DNA of 63,413 nt, filler included, from Olpidium bornovanus S191 (GCA_017911155.1; 27 parts of 27 records of this genome joined end to end with filler, not necessarily neighbours in it); one strand, 5' to 3'; positions 38,259 to 50,590 are shown, numbered from the whole stretch's first letter. A program made the numbers and translations. Notes: generated by a model not told the origin, from the sequence alone.

Positions 38259-38599
38259 TGTCGTAGAATACGGTAGTTACGAGCGCATTTAAGAGGAAGA
38301 AAACCCCCGAACGAAAACAACGTTTTCCACACCCCATATAAAAAAAAACTAGGCGCGTAAAACGACAGGTTATGAGCCCAAGGCTCCGCTGACCGCAGCC
38401 ATCCTCCGCGCAGCCATCCTCGGCGTGATATCCTCCGCGGGTCATCCCCCGCGCCCCCGCGCTTCGGCTGCGCCTTTGCCGTCGCCGCCATCGCGCTTCG
38501 GCTCCGCCTTCGCCGTCGCCGCCCACCCGCGCTTCGGCTGCGCCTTCCGCCACCAGCGCTTCGGCTCCGCCTACGCCGTCGCCGCCACTGCGCTTCGGC
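38259..38599 (+). mobile_element. Short-LTR copia-type element: 109-bp 5' LTR + PBS + GC-rich repeats
   Basis: TGTCG...CGACA (38259-38367; perfect 5-bp inverted ends), GGTTATGAGCCCA (38368-38380), then GC arrays. Inserted exactly before the IIRYLD codons of the antisense copia. Confidence 0.75.
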
Positions 38600-38699
38600 N
38601 NNNNNNNNNNNNNNNNNNNNNNNNNNNNNNNNNNNNNNNNNNNTTAATTAATTAANNNNNNNNNNNNNNNNNNNNNNNNNNNNNNNNNNNNNNNNNNNN

Positions 38700-38959
38700 A
38701 ATGGCACCAAAGGAGCAATTTACCATATTGACTGGCCTGAAGAAACAATTTTTGTTTTGGACAGCAATGGGTGCTGTATTCCCAGGATTGAACCAGTTAA
38801 TATTTGCATTGACGTGCATGGTGCTCAGCGACTCCAGCTTTTCCGGGACTTCCTGCCGAATGGCCAAGCTCTGTGGTTCAGATCCCAAGAGAGACCAAGA
38901 CTGTCAAACTGGACAAAGGCGTTGCAAATTTTCGAGACTTGTGGGCCTAACCAGGTGTA
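38700..38959 (+). CDS. Last exon of an unidentified protein (possible PH-domain C-terminal helix)
   Basis: Open from the contig start: KGAIYHIDWPEETIFVLDSNG...ALWFRSQERPRLSNWTKALQIF...NQV*. The W-x-x-AL ending is PH-like but weak. Confidence 0.25.
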
Positions 38960-39516
38960 GTCCATAGTGTGGACGTGGCGAGCTGACAGTTCTCGTTCCC
39001 TCCGACCGGGTGCTGCCACCCTTTTTTTTCCACCCGCATCTTTGTTTTTCTTTTTTTTTTTTTGGCGCACGCTGACATACCTTTTTTTTCTTCTCTCCCT
39101 CCTCTCTCTCTCTCACTCTCTTTCGCTCTTTTTCTCTTTTGCCGGCATCTCGTTATTTTTTTTTGGCTCCGCTGACGTACTTTCTTTTCTTTTCTTTCTC
39201 TCTCACTCTCCCTCTTGGCGGCATCGCGTGCGCCCGCATATTTTTTTTTCTTTTTTTTTGCGGATTCTCTTCCTCTCTCTCTCCTTCCTTCGTTACCGCC
39301 ATTGCGCGCGCCCGCAACTTTGTTTTTTTTTTTTTTTTTTCTGCGGCCGCCAGGAAGGAAGGAAGGGCTGGGCGGCGGAAGGTGGGGGTTGTGCTGGGTC
39401 TGGCCGGTTTTGCCGTATTAAAAGGAGTGGACTGTGGAGGAGTGCGGCGGCTGACCGGGCGCTGCCGCCGTTCCTTCCTTCCTTCCTTCGTTTCCTTGCA
39501 TCGCTCGCGGCCGGCA

Positions 39517-39548
<32 letters not shown>

Positions 39549-39555
39549 CTTTGTT

Positions 39556-39592
<37 letters not shown>

Positions 39593-40089
39593 CGGCGAAC
39601 TTTCCGGCCTTTAAACGAAGGGAAGCCGCACGGACATGGACATCACGTGTCCACACGGGTACGGAGCCGTCTTCCGGGCCGCGGAAGGGCAGGCGTCTGC
39701 CGTCCGTTGTGGCCGCGCGAACCGCCGTTGCCGCCTGGTGGTTTTCCTCGGCTTCACGCGGTCTTTGGGAAACGTGCGTGCGTGCCGCCCTCCTTGGGAA
39801 CTGAGGGCCCCGATCGAGAAGAATTTAATACATTCGCACTGGACAACTCCGTCAGGGGCCCCCGCGTTCCAACTCGCGTTCATCCTAGTCCGTCGGGAAT
39901 CCTCAGGCGCCGCAGAACGCGCGCAACCTTCCGTGGGTGCCGCAACCTTCTGCGCGCCTCCTGCCGCGCGCCGTACCAGCCGCAGGCGGCAACCCGTCAC
40001 GACACTGCTACAGTCTACCTACTCTGGCGGTGCCTTTGCCAATCTGTGGAAGCTTGCCACAAGCACCGCAGAATGGCGGCCTACCGCAC

Positions 40090-40300
40090 GCTCCGCAGAT
40101 GTACCCACACTACTTTCCGGGAGCCGCCAACGCCAACTTAACAAGGGCAATCAAGGGCGTCCAGGACTCCATTCCCCGGTATAACGGCACCCCACAAAGT
40201 TACGCGCTTTCATCACGAAGGTCGACGCCCCGATTTATCCCCGGTTGAATCTAAAATTCAGTCATCCGGATGCGACACCGCAGATGCAAAGTCTGCCCTT
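40090..40300 (+). mobile_element. Degenerate gag remnant
   Basis: AIKGVQDSIPRYNGTPQSY...FITKVD resembles the gag at 31260-31330 (VPVYDG...FITKFD); frameshifted. Confidence 0.5.
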
Positions 40301-40565
40301 CGCATTCTTCAATTCCCGCTTCTGCCTCCGGAGCTCACGCTGCTGGGTGCGTTTCCTGCTTTCTGGGAGAGTGGCGTCGCAGGAGGAAAACCCGCCGGCC
40401 GCGAACTGCCTCTTGTTCTACAATAACGACGCGTTTGACGAAGACCAGAAAGTGCAAGGATAAACGAGAAATTGCCTGGGACAAATTTCCAAAGGGCAAA
40501 TAGATGCAATTCGTGCATTTTATCGATGGCCGTGGAGTCCGGTGGCGCGCCAGGTGAGACAGGGG

Positions 40566-40782
40566 TGTAGAAAATAAGAGGGGCCCCCTGGCGGGGCGAC
40601 GCTACGGACAATACGCGCTCCAAGCCCCTTTCCACTGGCCGTAGAATCCCTATCCTGCTGCCATATAAAAGGAGCCGGCGTCGATAGCTCGAATACAAAC
40701 AGACGAAAATTTCTCGTACGGTCTCTCCTCGTCTCCGTGACGACGCCCGGTGGCTCTCTCCTCTCGGCTTCAAAGTACAACA
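40566..40782 (+). mobile_element. Probable 3' LTR (TGTAG...TACAACA) with upstream PPT
   Basis: GGTGAGACAGGGG directly precedes TGTAG; internal CATATAAAAGG; ends TACAACA. Confidence 0.6.
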
Positions 40783-41573
40783 GGAGGGCGTGTTCGTTGC
40801 GTGCGCCATTCACCCGGTTCGCGTCCGGATCTCGCGCGAGGGCTGTGGGCGGCGGTTCTTTTCGAGAGATCCCCACCGTGGCCCGGATCGACCGGCCCTC
40901 TCCTGCCCCTAAAAAAAGCTTTCATTCTGCTCTTGTCGTGTTGACGTCCTCGGAAAAAGGCAAGGAACTCAGGAAAAATTACCCGCTCTGCGCCGTGACG
41001 TCGAGGTACGCATGNNNNNNNNNNNNNNNNNNNNNNNNNNNNNNNNNNNNNNNNNNNNTTAATTAATTAANNNNNNNNNNNNNNNNNNNNNNNNNNNNNN
41101 NNNNNNNNNNNNNNCATGACTGAGATCCTACAAGTTCGCAAACAGAAAGTATATTGAGCAAACAACGCGAATCAGGGTCCGTTTTTGCGAACCACGCGTA
41201 CCGCCGAATTCTGCGACGTCCAAAAAAAAAAAAAAAAAAAAAGAAGAAAAGAAAAAAAAAAGTTACGGCGGGCGTCCGTAACGAGCAGTGTAGGAGGTCC
41301 ACAGCTCGCTTCTACGACGCCTCGAACCTCTTCTTAGAAATAGTGTTTGTCTTGTGCTAGTAAGTATATATGTATAACATCCCGTCAATTTTCCCTGCCG
41401 GCGATCCCCTTCCGTGGGGTTTGTGGGATGGGAGGAGGGGAGGGGGACGGGCGCGGGCGGGGAACGAAAGGGGGAAAAAAAAAAGTTATCCCCCACGTGA
41501 CAGCCCCGGCGCGCGTCTCGCGGGAACGGCACATGCGCGCGCGCCCGTTGCGGCCGGGCCCCCCGCGCCCTTT

Positions 41574-41633
41574 CCGCCGGGAGCGCATGAGAACCGCCGG
41601 GAGCGCATGAGAACCGCCGGGAGCGCATGAGAA
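41574..41633. repeat. Perfect tandem repeat 3 x 20 bp (CCGCCGGGAGCGCATGAGAA) in the NDH-2 upstream region
   Basis: Three identical units ending 123 nt before the ATG at 41757. Confidence 0.95.
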
Positions 41634-41756
41634 AACCCGCCCCTCTTTCCCTTCACCTTCCCCGCCGCCACCCGCCGGCGTCCGCGCGCGCGCCCTCTCC
41701 TCGCGCCCGCCTCCCTCCGGGCGCCGAAAGAGAACGCGACAGAGAGAGGCAAAGCG

Positions 41757-42943
41757 ATGCCGCTCCTCCGCCGCGCTCTGGTTTCCGCGGCCGCCCGGGC
41801 CGCCGCCTCGCTCCGCGCGCGCGCCCCGGCAGCTGCGGCCTCGCGCGCGGCGCCCGGCGACGAGCCGCCGCGCGGGCTTTTCGCCGCGGACGGCCCCGGC
41901 CGACGCCAGCGCTGGCCCGCCGCGCGGACCATCGCCCTCGGCACAGGCGCTTTTGCCGCCGTCGCCTGGGCTTCGTCTTCCTCGGCCGTCCTTGCCGAGT
42001 CCGCCGCCGCCGCCGCCGCGGCAGCCGCCGCCGAACCCCCGGAGGTCCCGCAGACGACAGAGGTGCGGCTCGGCGACGGTCGCGTCGTCAACATCCTGAC
42101 GTCCGCGTGGAAGGAGCCGGGCGACCAAGACAAGCCGGTGCTCGTCGTCCTTGGCTCCGGTTGGGGGGTGAGTCACTCCGCGGCTCCTCAGCCCCACTTC
42201 CCGCTCCCCTCCGCGGTTTACTTTTCGCTCTCCCTCCCGTTTAGCGACGTGCGCATCCTCGTTTCTTCCAGAGACACGGTGGTGGTGGGAAGGGGTTCGT
42301 TGCCTGACCAACGGTTATCTCTTCATCCGATCTTGTTCGCGGCGGCGGCGCAGGGCATCGCCCTTCTCCGACATATCGATCGAAACCTGTACACGACCCA
42401 TTTGATCAGCCCGACGAATTACGTGCGTAACGCGGCGAAGCAAGCCTTGGGGAGCGTGTTCCCTGCTGTCTCACGACCGCTGCTTGGCGAACGCCGGTCA
42501 CGCGACGCGGCTTGCAGTTCCTCTTTTCTCCCCTCCTCCCGTCCGCCACCGTCGGAACAGTCGACCTGCGGACGTTGGTGGAGCCGGTTCGCAAACTGTC
42601 GAAGAAGCTGAAATCGGGGTACCTGCACGCGGAAGCCACCGACATTGACTTGGAAAGGAAGCTGGTCGCCGTGAAGGGCAAGGACGGAAGGGAATTTTAC
42701 GTTCCCTTTGACAAGGCGCGCAACACCCGCATGCTTTCCGGCTCGCGGGGCCGAATGCCACCGTCGTGAAACCGCGCCAACGCTTACCTTATGCCTTGGC
42801 GGCCGTTCCGCGCGGATTTCTGCTGGTAGCTGGTCATTGCCATAGGGTCTCAATCCAACACGTTCTCCGGCGTCCCGGGACTCGAGCACTGCAATTACCT
42901 GAAAAACGCCGACGACGTAAAGGCGCTCCGCACTAAGATCATG
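41757..42943 (+). CDS. Mitochondrial type II (alternative) NADH dehydrogenase, NDE-like, N-terminal part
   Basis: Presequence, then KPVLVVLGSGWG | GIALLRHID...ISPTNY | FLFSPLLPSATVGTVDLRTLVEPVR...VPFDK | LVIAIGSQSNTFSGVPGLEHCNYLK. FAD-binding NDH-2 signature. Confidence 0.95.
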
Positions 42944-43043
42944 NNNNNNNNNNNNNNNNNNNNNNNNNNNNNNNNNNNNNNNNNNNNTTAATTAATTAAN
43001 NNNNNNNNNNNNNNNNNNNNNNNNNNNNNNNNNNNNNNNNNNN

Positions 43044-43160
43044 CATGGTTCTACGGGCAGGGTAAAGCGGGCTGTTTAGGCTCATTACCTGTTGACTTTT
43101 TGGAGCCCGGGAAGGAAGTTGAGGTGCAACGAGCTCACAAGAGGAAGGAAAAACGAAAAG
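43044..43160 (+). CDS. Possible SH3-domain C-terminal half (exon fragment)
   Basis: WFYGQGKAGCLGSLPVDFLE resembles the SH3 consensus WW-x-G...G-x-FP-x-NYVE. Confidence 0.4.
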
Positions 43161-44076
43161 ACTGTATTCTGGGCGTAACGGCGCTATCTGCTCTCGACCT
43201 ATTTTTTATATTTATATGACAGGGAACTAGCGGTTCTACAAGGAGAATGCAGGGAACGGTGCAAGCGGCGCGTTTGCGCCTCGTCCCTCTTCATTTTGCC
43301 TTTGTATTCAACCTTATTATTCTCTACAGGGGATGGGGGTGTTGGGCCCGAGACCGAGAACGGGGCGCAGCACCAGCGCGAAAAGGAGAAAGCCTACCAG
43401 CGCGAAAAGGAGAAAGCCTTACCTTAACGCCGTCCTTCGAAATAAAATGGTCTGCGCGAGACCCATACAAAACAGACTAAACAGCCATAGCGGCGCTACT
43501 TCCGTGCACACAAAAACAGAAAGTATATATTGCCTCTCATCTCGCCGTGGTCTGCGCATCCGCCCGCGAACTGTCTCCATTGTCTCAGTCACTGAGTCTG
43601 GCCGGCTGATTTGGACGTTTTGCGCGGCCGTTCAGATTCTGATGCGGAACCGGATAAAGCGGCTCTCTCGATCACGTGACCCGCAAGCGCATTGTTTGGC
43701 GGCCGGTGGACCGCCCGCAGCTCGCGTCCGTGCGCGCCGCCTCCGCCGCGTGGCGTTTGCGTTTTCGGCGCGCGCGCGCCCAGCGCAACCCGGGTAACCA
43801 GCAAACCGCCAGGAAGGAAACCCCCAGACGATTCCCCTTTTTTCCCCGCGAAAGGAAGAACGGGGCGCTTTTGACTTTGACTTTGATTGGCGGACATTTG
43901 CCTCTGGCGCCGCCGCTCCCCCGCTGCTGGGAAAAGCGACGGCGTCGCAGCGCCAAGCCTTCTCCCGTCCCCAGCACGCCCCATCCCTCCCCTCGGCCTA
44001 CCCGGCCGGCCACCTCGCTCGACCCCCTTTCCCCGCCTCACGGGTCGTCGCCGCTCCGGCCCCACAAGACCCCGCA

Positions 44077-45407
44077 ATGGCCTCAGGTGAGTCGGAGGAA
44101 GCGTGCGCTTCTGGAGCAGGCCGAGCGTGGGAACAGCTGCGCCCGCCCAGAACGCGTCGCTATTCTTTCCGCACGCGTTGAACTGCTCGGCCGCCGGAAA
44201 TTGCCCATCGCGGCGCGGTGTCCCGCGGTTAGACGACGGAGGGACTCGCCGTGAACCTAAGTCACCCGCCTTCCCCCCCCCCCCTTCTCCACCCTCTCTC
44301 CCTATATCCCCGCTCCCGCGCTGTTCTTCGGCGTTGACAACGTCTATTCGCTTGCAACGCTTCCGCAGAGGTGCTGTCACGCCCGTCGGTGCTCGGCGCC
44401 CCGCGGGGGCCTGGCTTCCTGGAAACGCTCTCCCGACATCCCGTGTTCCGTCTAGGCGAGACTGAGAGGCAGGCCTGGGAGTATGACAGAGCACGTCGGC
44501 TGAAACTTCCGACACCGCTACCGCCGTTGTCTGCTCGCTTGTTGAGACAAACCGACTCGGAGGAGGACGACCTTGTTGCCCGGGGCCTTGCAGGCATCCA
44601 CGCCACATCGTCCGCGTCGCAAAGCTCTTCCCGCCGCAGCGGACCTGGCCCGGCCGTTGCGAACGATGGCGCAAAGCCTGGGGACTTTTGGCCGGATCCC
44701 GCAAGCCGCGCACGCAACTGCGTGCCCAGGAGGTGCCTGGCGAAGTCTGCGACTGGGGACGAGCTGTTCGTGGCCGTCGGCCGCCGTGTTCGGTCCATCA
44801 ACCTGCGAGAGGCGAAGTCCGCGTGGACGGCAGGGTTAAGGCACGCGCAGCAGGCAGAAAGCGGCGACCAGCCTCCTGAGATTGATGAAGAGACGGCCGC
44901 CTCGTGGATATCGGTCGTCGATTATAAGGTGCGCCCATGGAGGTTGCCGGCTGGTTCTCGGAAGTCTGCGGTCGCCCAGCACCAGGAGTATTATGCCCTG
45001 TTGGGTTTGACTTACCAGATAGCCTTACGCGCGTTGCAGACCTTGGTTGCGGACAACCTCAGCTTCCCGATACGGCAGCTTTCTCTCAATCCGACTGGAA
45101 AGATGCTGGCCGTTGCCGGCGACGAGGATGTTGCCATCGTGATGCTGCCTCGAGCTATGCCTTCGTCATCTGCTGCCGCATCCGGTCGCCGACAAGTTCG
45201 ATGCAAGTGCGTCCACGGTCGGCGTTGAAAGGAATGCAATCGGCGATGCTGCTGACATATTTTCCACGCCGCCGTTGACAGATCAGCGGTGGTGGGAGCC
45301 TTCAATCATTCAGCCGGGATCAAAAATTTTGTGACTAAAATTGGCTGGCATCCGCTCGGAGATGGCGGGGAGCACCTCATGGTTATGACCGTCGACGGCG
45401 TTCTTCG
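44077..45407 (+). CDS. NUP82: Nucleoporin Nup82/Nup88, N-terminal beta-propeller
   Basis: ATG GCC TCA G | intron 44087-44368 | FLETLSRHPVF...ELFVAVGRRVRSINL...DYK | LSFPIRQLSLNPTGKMLAVAG...VAIVMLPR | VTKIGWHPLGDGGEHLMVMTVDGVLR. Confidence 0.8.
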
Positions 45408-45597
45408 GTATGTGTCTTCTTTGGCATCTCGCGTGAGGACGTTTTGGTACCGCGTTGCTGGGGAGATGGAGCCTAAATCCGTGTTCAACTTGTCAAANNN
45501 NNNNNNNNNNNNNNNNNNNNNNNNNNNNNNNNNNNNNNNNNTTAATTAATTAANNNNNNNNNNNNNNNNNNNNNNNNNNNNNNNNNNNNNNNNNNNN

Positions 45598-46616
45598 AGG
45601 CGACCGGTTCTCGTACTCGTACCAGGTCGATAGAACGCCAGATTCCGACCCGCTCATCGGTGGCGCAGGGACGGCACTCGTGAGCGTTGTGCAGGCGAAG
45701 AACAACGCGCGAGCCATGTTCACCGGGAGTCTGAAACTGTTTTCTGATGAGTATGTTGTGGTGTACGGTAGCAAAAGAAGAGAGAAGGCGAAACAGGAAT
45801 CCCGACAAGGAGGACTGTTGAGAGCGCGGTGGGGGAAGGGGAGAACGGCAGAGCCGGGGGATTATTTCTGCAATTTTGCAATGCTGCATGGAAAACTAGT
45901 AACGCAATTCGACACTACGGCGCCGCTTGTTGCATTAGATTCTGGTTGGCGCCTGTACAACCAAAGGGACGCCCTCGGCACGCAAAGTCCGGGAACGAGT
46001 TTTTATTAAAGGAAATCACAAAATGGGTGTTCCGGGAGAAAGGAGTCCTGAAGGTGGCTTCAGTCAAGCACAACAAAGCTGGGATGTTCGAGCAGCCGGC
46101 GCACTATAGGATAAAGGACAACATGGTGTGTTTTTTGCAAGTGATATCCGGTGGACGGCTTGGCCTGCGAGCTTGCGTCAGACTCACAACCACTTGACGG
46201 CATCCGCGGAAAAGACATACACAATACAGCTGGAACAGTTAAACGGGGGAAAGTGGCTCCCGTTTGTACCGGACGACGCGCAGCTGGAGGTCCGAATGCT
46301 GGACCCGTACGTCCGGCAAACGCTCCAGCGTGAGAACTCCTCTTCAGCGCTCACCACAACAGTGACGCTTCCGGATGTTTACGGGGTGTTCACCCTGCGG
46401 TTGAATTACAAGCGGCGAGGCCTCTCGAATATCGTGCACTCGATGACCGTCCCGGTCCACCCGTTCCGCCATAACGAGTACCCGCGCTTTCTCTCCCAAG
46501 CTTATCCGTACTACGCCTCGGCCTTCAGCATGGTGTTCGGCTTCCTCGCTTTTTCGATGGTCTGGCTGTTCCACAAAGACCGGGAGCCGGCGGCGAAAGC
46601 CAAGAAAAGGAGTTAG
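45598..46616 (+). CDS. WBP1: Oligosaccharyltransferase 48-kDa subunit (Wbp1/DDOST), C-terminal part
   Basis: ALVSVVQAKNNARAMFTGSL | SGNEFLLKEITKWVF...YRIKD | QLEVRMLDPYVR...LPDVYGVFTLRLNYKRRGL...PFRHNEYPRFLSQAYPYYASAFSM, then a TM helix and KAKKRS*. Confidence 0.97.
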
Positions 46617-48134
46617 AAAGGTCCGTCAAGGGCAGTTTGGTCTCTCGGGATAAAAATAACCTGCTTGTCCTCAAGTCCTGCGCCAAGAATATTTTAAAAA
46701 GAGGGCGCACGACAGGCGGTGCAGAACGGCGGATCGGTTTGGCGGGGAATTTCTGGTCACGGTCGAGAACTGCACCGGGATCTTTCCAGACCCGAATCGG
46801 AACCCGGGAATTTTTTTTTGTTTTCTGCTGCGCGCGTAAATGCACGCGAAATTGCGCCGGCGCCATGATCACCTCCTACGTTTTGCATGTTCAAAATCGA
46901 CACCGAGGCGCACGTGATCACGCGCTCATCGAGCCGTTTCTTTCAAATGAGGAGGCGCGGGCGGACGGGCCTCAACCGCGAATAAGATTGAAGAAAATTT
47001 GAGCGGCGTACGGTATTGTGTTGGCCAGTTGGCGTGTGCGTGCGGAGGAGGCGCCCGGTAACTTTTGGGTGCCAAAGCAACTCGCAAACCCGGCCGGCCG
47101 CACCGGCCCGGGCCTCCGCAATAAAGTCGCCTCCCCCCGCCACATGAAAACCCTGGGCGAGCCCGGTGGATTCTCTCCCCGAAACCCGTCCTTCCGGACG
47201 CAGCGCGGCTGGTCTAAGGACGAAGTCCACATACTTTTGAGCGCGACAAAGAACCGGACGTTCTCAGAGACGCGGAACAGCGAGAACCGCCACATTGTCC
47301 ACCGGACGTGACACCTCCACGATCTAGTCCGCATCCCCCCCCCCCCCCCCCCCCCCACCCTTCTAAATCTTTCTCTCGGGGCTCCAATTGACGCAACCAC
47401 ACAGACAGATGCTCCTTCGGGGTCATTGCATCCGTCCACCGCAACACCGCCCAACTGGCCACAGCATCTTCCACGGCCGGGCACCGGCCGCACACCCAGC
47501 ATCAATTTGACAGATGCAAACCTCGTCGTCCGGTGCACCATCGTCCTGCCCCCCCCCCCCCACGAGGCAAATGAAATCATCCACCCATTGAGCCTAGCGG
47601 AACTTAGTCGGCGTAAACAAGCACGCTCGCCAGTGTCTGGTGTCCCCGTTTCACCTTTCCATTCGCTTCCAAATCGTAAGCCTAATCAACTGGATAATGA
47701 TCCCATAGCAGCGAAAGTAGCCTCATACCGGACAGCAGTTCTTGGTCAGCACTGACACGCACGCACGAGCCATGCCGACACACAATACGAACCAGCTCAC
47801 GCTAGCTGCGTGTTTGGAACGCAAATGGTGACCCTCAGCGTAGCTTGGCAGCGCCTTGCGCGCCGACACCACGTACAGAAACCAGCGGCATCGAGGCAGC
47901 TCAACGAGGTCGACATGCCATTCCAAATGAATCGTGGACAGGAACGATGATCTGCAGCTCCTCGTGGTAACGAATCTGGAGGATCCTTGCCATATAGCGC
48001 ACCATTATACGTACCCCTCGACATCCAGTCGGAGNNNNNNNNNNNNNNNNNNNNNNNNNNNNNNNNNNNNNNNNNNNNTTAATTAATTAANNNNNNNNNN
48101 NNNNNNNNNNNNNNNNNNNNNNNNNNNNNNNNNN

Positions 48135-48500
48135 ATCATGGAGGTCAGAACGACAGAAGTGCGTGGCTACATCCTCGTGCGAGGCAGGGTTCGTATCTGG
48201 ATCGGCCGCCGCACAAGAGACACAGTGGTTGCGCTTAATCATAGGCCAGATCGACAGAAAGATAATGGAAAATCCAACAGAACTCCGAATTGACAATACG
48301 GGTGCCGCCGAACTGGCCAGCGACTCGAAGGCCTTGTCAAGGTCAAAGCACATTGACATCCGCTACCACCACCGAAGGCGATGCGTTGCGGATAAAGTGA
48401 TCCAGATAGAGCGTGTTGCCTCCGAGGACGGTCCCGTGGGCATTTTTACCAATCCCTTGGATAAAGGGATGTTCATCAAGTTCCGGGAGGATGGTCGGAG
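48135..48500 (+). mobile_element. Degenerate Ty1/copia RNase H
   Basis: VATSSCEAGF...ETQWLR...RIDNTGAAELA...RSKHIDIRYH...GIFTNPLDK. Confidence 0.9.
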
Positions 48501-48643
48501 TGTGGGCAGTCAGGGCGATGCGCGAGCGCGAACGTGTATGTCACACGTGAAACCACCTGAGAAGGGAAAAGCCGTAAGGTAAATAACCAAAGGTCATATA
48601 GATTAGAGTGGACCATGGGCCTAGTGCGCTCAGTGAGGCTGGG

Positions 48644-48899
48644 TGTTAGAAATCAATGGGGAAAATAAAGGGAAAAGGTAAAGGGGGAGGCTGAACCGCG
48701 GATGCACTGCAAGAAACGCAAACCGTGTTACCTCTTTGTAGAGCCCTTAGATTTCCGCCCTATAAAATAGGCCCAGAGACGCCAGGAAAGTAACGACAAG
48801 AACACAGTTTTCCTTCTATCCTTCTTCTCACGGGCTCACCACGGCTCCGTCTGCGAGTTCTCTTGTTCTCCTTCCGGCTCTGCTATGATATTTACAACA
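48644..48899 (+). mobile_element. 3' LTR of the copia element (256 bp)
   Basis: PPT GTGAGGCTGGG, start TGTTAG, internal CTATAAAATAGG, end TACAACA. Confidence 0.75.
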
Positions 48900-49310
48900 C
48901 AGGGGCAGGGGGGGGGAGGGGGAGGGAAGTTTAAGGGGGGGGGGGGGAATGGGGGGCGAGAAAGAGAAAAGTGTTTTTCTTTTCCCTTAAAAGCGTTTTC
49001 CTCCGAAAGAAACTTTTAGAAAGGGCGCGCCGCGGCCCTCCCCCCCCTCCCCCCCACGCTCTTTCCAGGAAAGAGAGGGAAAAAGCAGACAGAAAGAAAA
49101 AGCAGAGAGACAGAGCTTTACACAGAGCACAGAGACCACCCAAACGCGGGAGAACTTGGAAGAGGGAGACTCTCTCTGCCCGCGAAAGAAGAAGAGGGAA
49201 ACAGACGGAAACCGAAGCGGCGGCGGCGGCAGTCGGCAGCCAGCCTGCACGGGGAGGGAGAAAAGAAAGAGAACAAAAAAAAACACAGCACAACGCGAAA
49301 ACAAAAAAAA

Positions 49311-50590
49311 AGTACGTTTGTCGCCCCACCCCTCGCTCGTTTTTTCCTCCCGGCCCCGCGCCCGCGAACGCTGTCGGGCTGGCCCTGGTGGAGAAGTCCC
49401 TGGGCGCGCCGGTCTTTCTTCTTCCCGCCATCCACTTTTCCACTGCAGAGCCTCTCCCGGGTGGTCGCGCCCCGATCCCCTGCGATATACGCCGCGGGGC
49501 TGACGTCACCCGCGTTGATTTCGAACAACCCGCCCGCGCGTTTTTTCAGTGTTCGACCCCGAGCAGGCCGCCCCGGAGAACCAGCCAGAGTCCGCCGCGC
49601 CCGCGCCGCCACTCAACGTGGAAGAGAACGCGGATCTTTTAAAAGAGAAAAAAGAAGAGCACATAAATTTGAAAGTTGTCGGAAATGTAAGCTCTCGCGT
49701 CAAACTCGGCGTGCGAGGTCTGGAAAGGGCGGGAGGGGGGAAAAGGGGGGAAAGGGGGGGGAAGGGGGGGAGGGACCTTGTTGTCCCGGCGGGGAAAAAG
49801 AAGCGGGAGCGTAGGAGAATTGAGTGCTTTTACTTTGCGCGGGACAACGTTGCGACTGTTCACTCAAGCCCCCGGCCCCGTTCGTCCACCTCCCTGACGT
49901 TTCCGCTGCGACTCCCGTGTTTTCCTGGCGCGAATCGCGTTCCAGGACAACAACGAAGGTGCGGATATTTTACTTTAGTTAGCCGGGACCGTACGGGTGG
50001 GCTCCCGCAATGCCCGCGAGACTTTCGGGGGGGGCCCATCCGTACGGTAATGGCCTCGCCACGCGCTGCCGAGGCAGCCTGGACAAAAATAAAATGGAGA
50101 GGAAGGGGGGGGGGGGGGGAGGGGGGGGGGGGGATGCGAAGGACCCGAAAATAACGGCAAGCCCTGCCCGAGTTCCCGGTTCGCACGCTCACCGTATCGC
50201 GTTTTTCTTCCGCCGCCCCGTGTCAAACAAAACCCGCCCACAGTCTTCTTTAAGATAAAGCGGTCCACTCACTTCAAAAAACTGATGGACGCGTACTGTA
50301 CCCGTCAGGGAAAAACGACAAATTCCGTCAGATTTCTTTACGACGGCGAGCGTCTCGAGCCGTCTAAAACTCCGCACGACGTGCGTGCTGCCAACCCGTT
50401 TTTTTTTTCGGTTGTTTTTTTTTTTTTTTTTTTGGCAGCGCTGCTGTCCCGTTTGCCTGCTTTCTGGACACATGGGCCGACGTAACGTTTGTCATCGGTG
50501 GCTTTTCAGGTTGGAATGGAGGACGGCGACTCAATTGATGTTATGGTTGAACAAGTAGGCGGACGGGTCCGTCTGTTTCCGGAATGGTAG
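49311..50590 (+). CDS. SMT3: SUMO (small ubiquitin-like modifier) precursor; complete
   Basis: Exons: A (49311) | 49550-49687 (TG TTC GAC...HINLKVVGN) | 49946-49958 (DNNE) | VFFKIKRSTHFKKLMDAYCTRQG...RFLYDGERL...TPHD | VGMEDGDSIDVMVEQVGG-RVRLFPEW* (TAG 50588-50590). Confidence 0.96.

Noticed and set aside
47000-48034. ORFs with Myb-like (RGWSKDEVHILL) or transposase-like fragments after WBP1
   Set aside because: Single short motifs in conflicting frames and strands; no consistent gene model.
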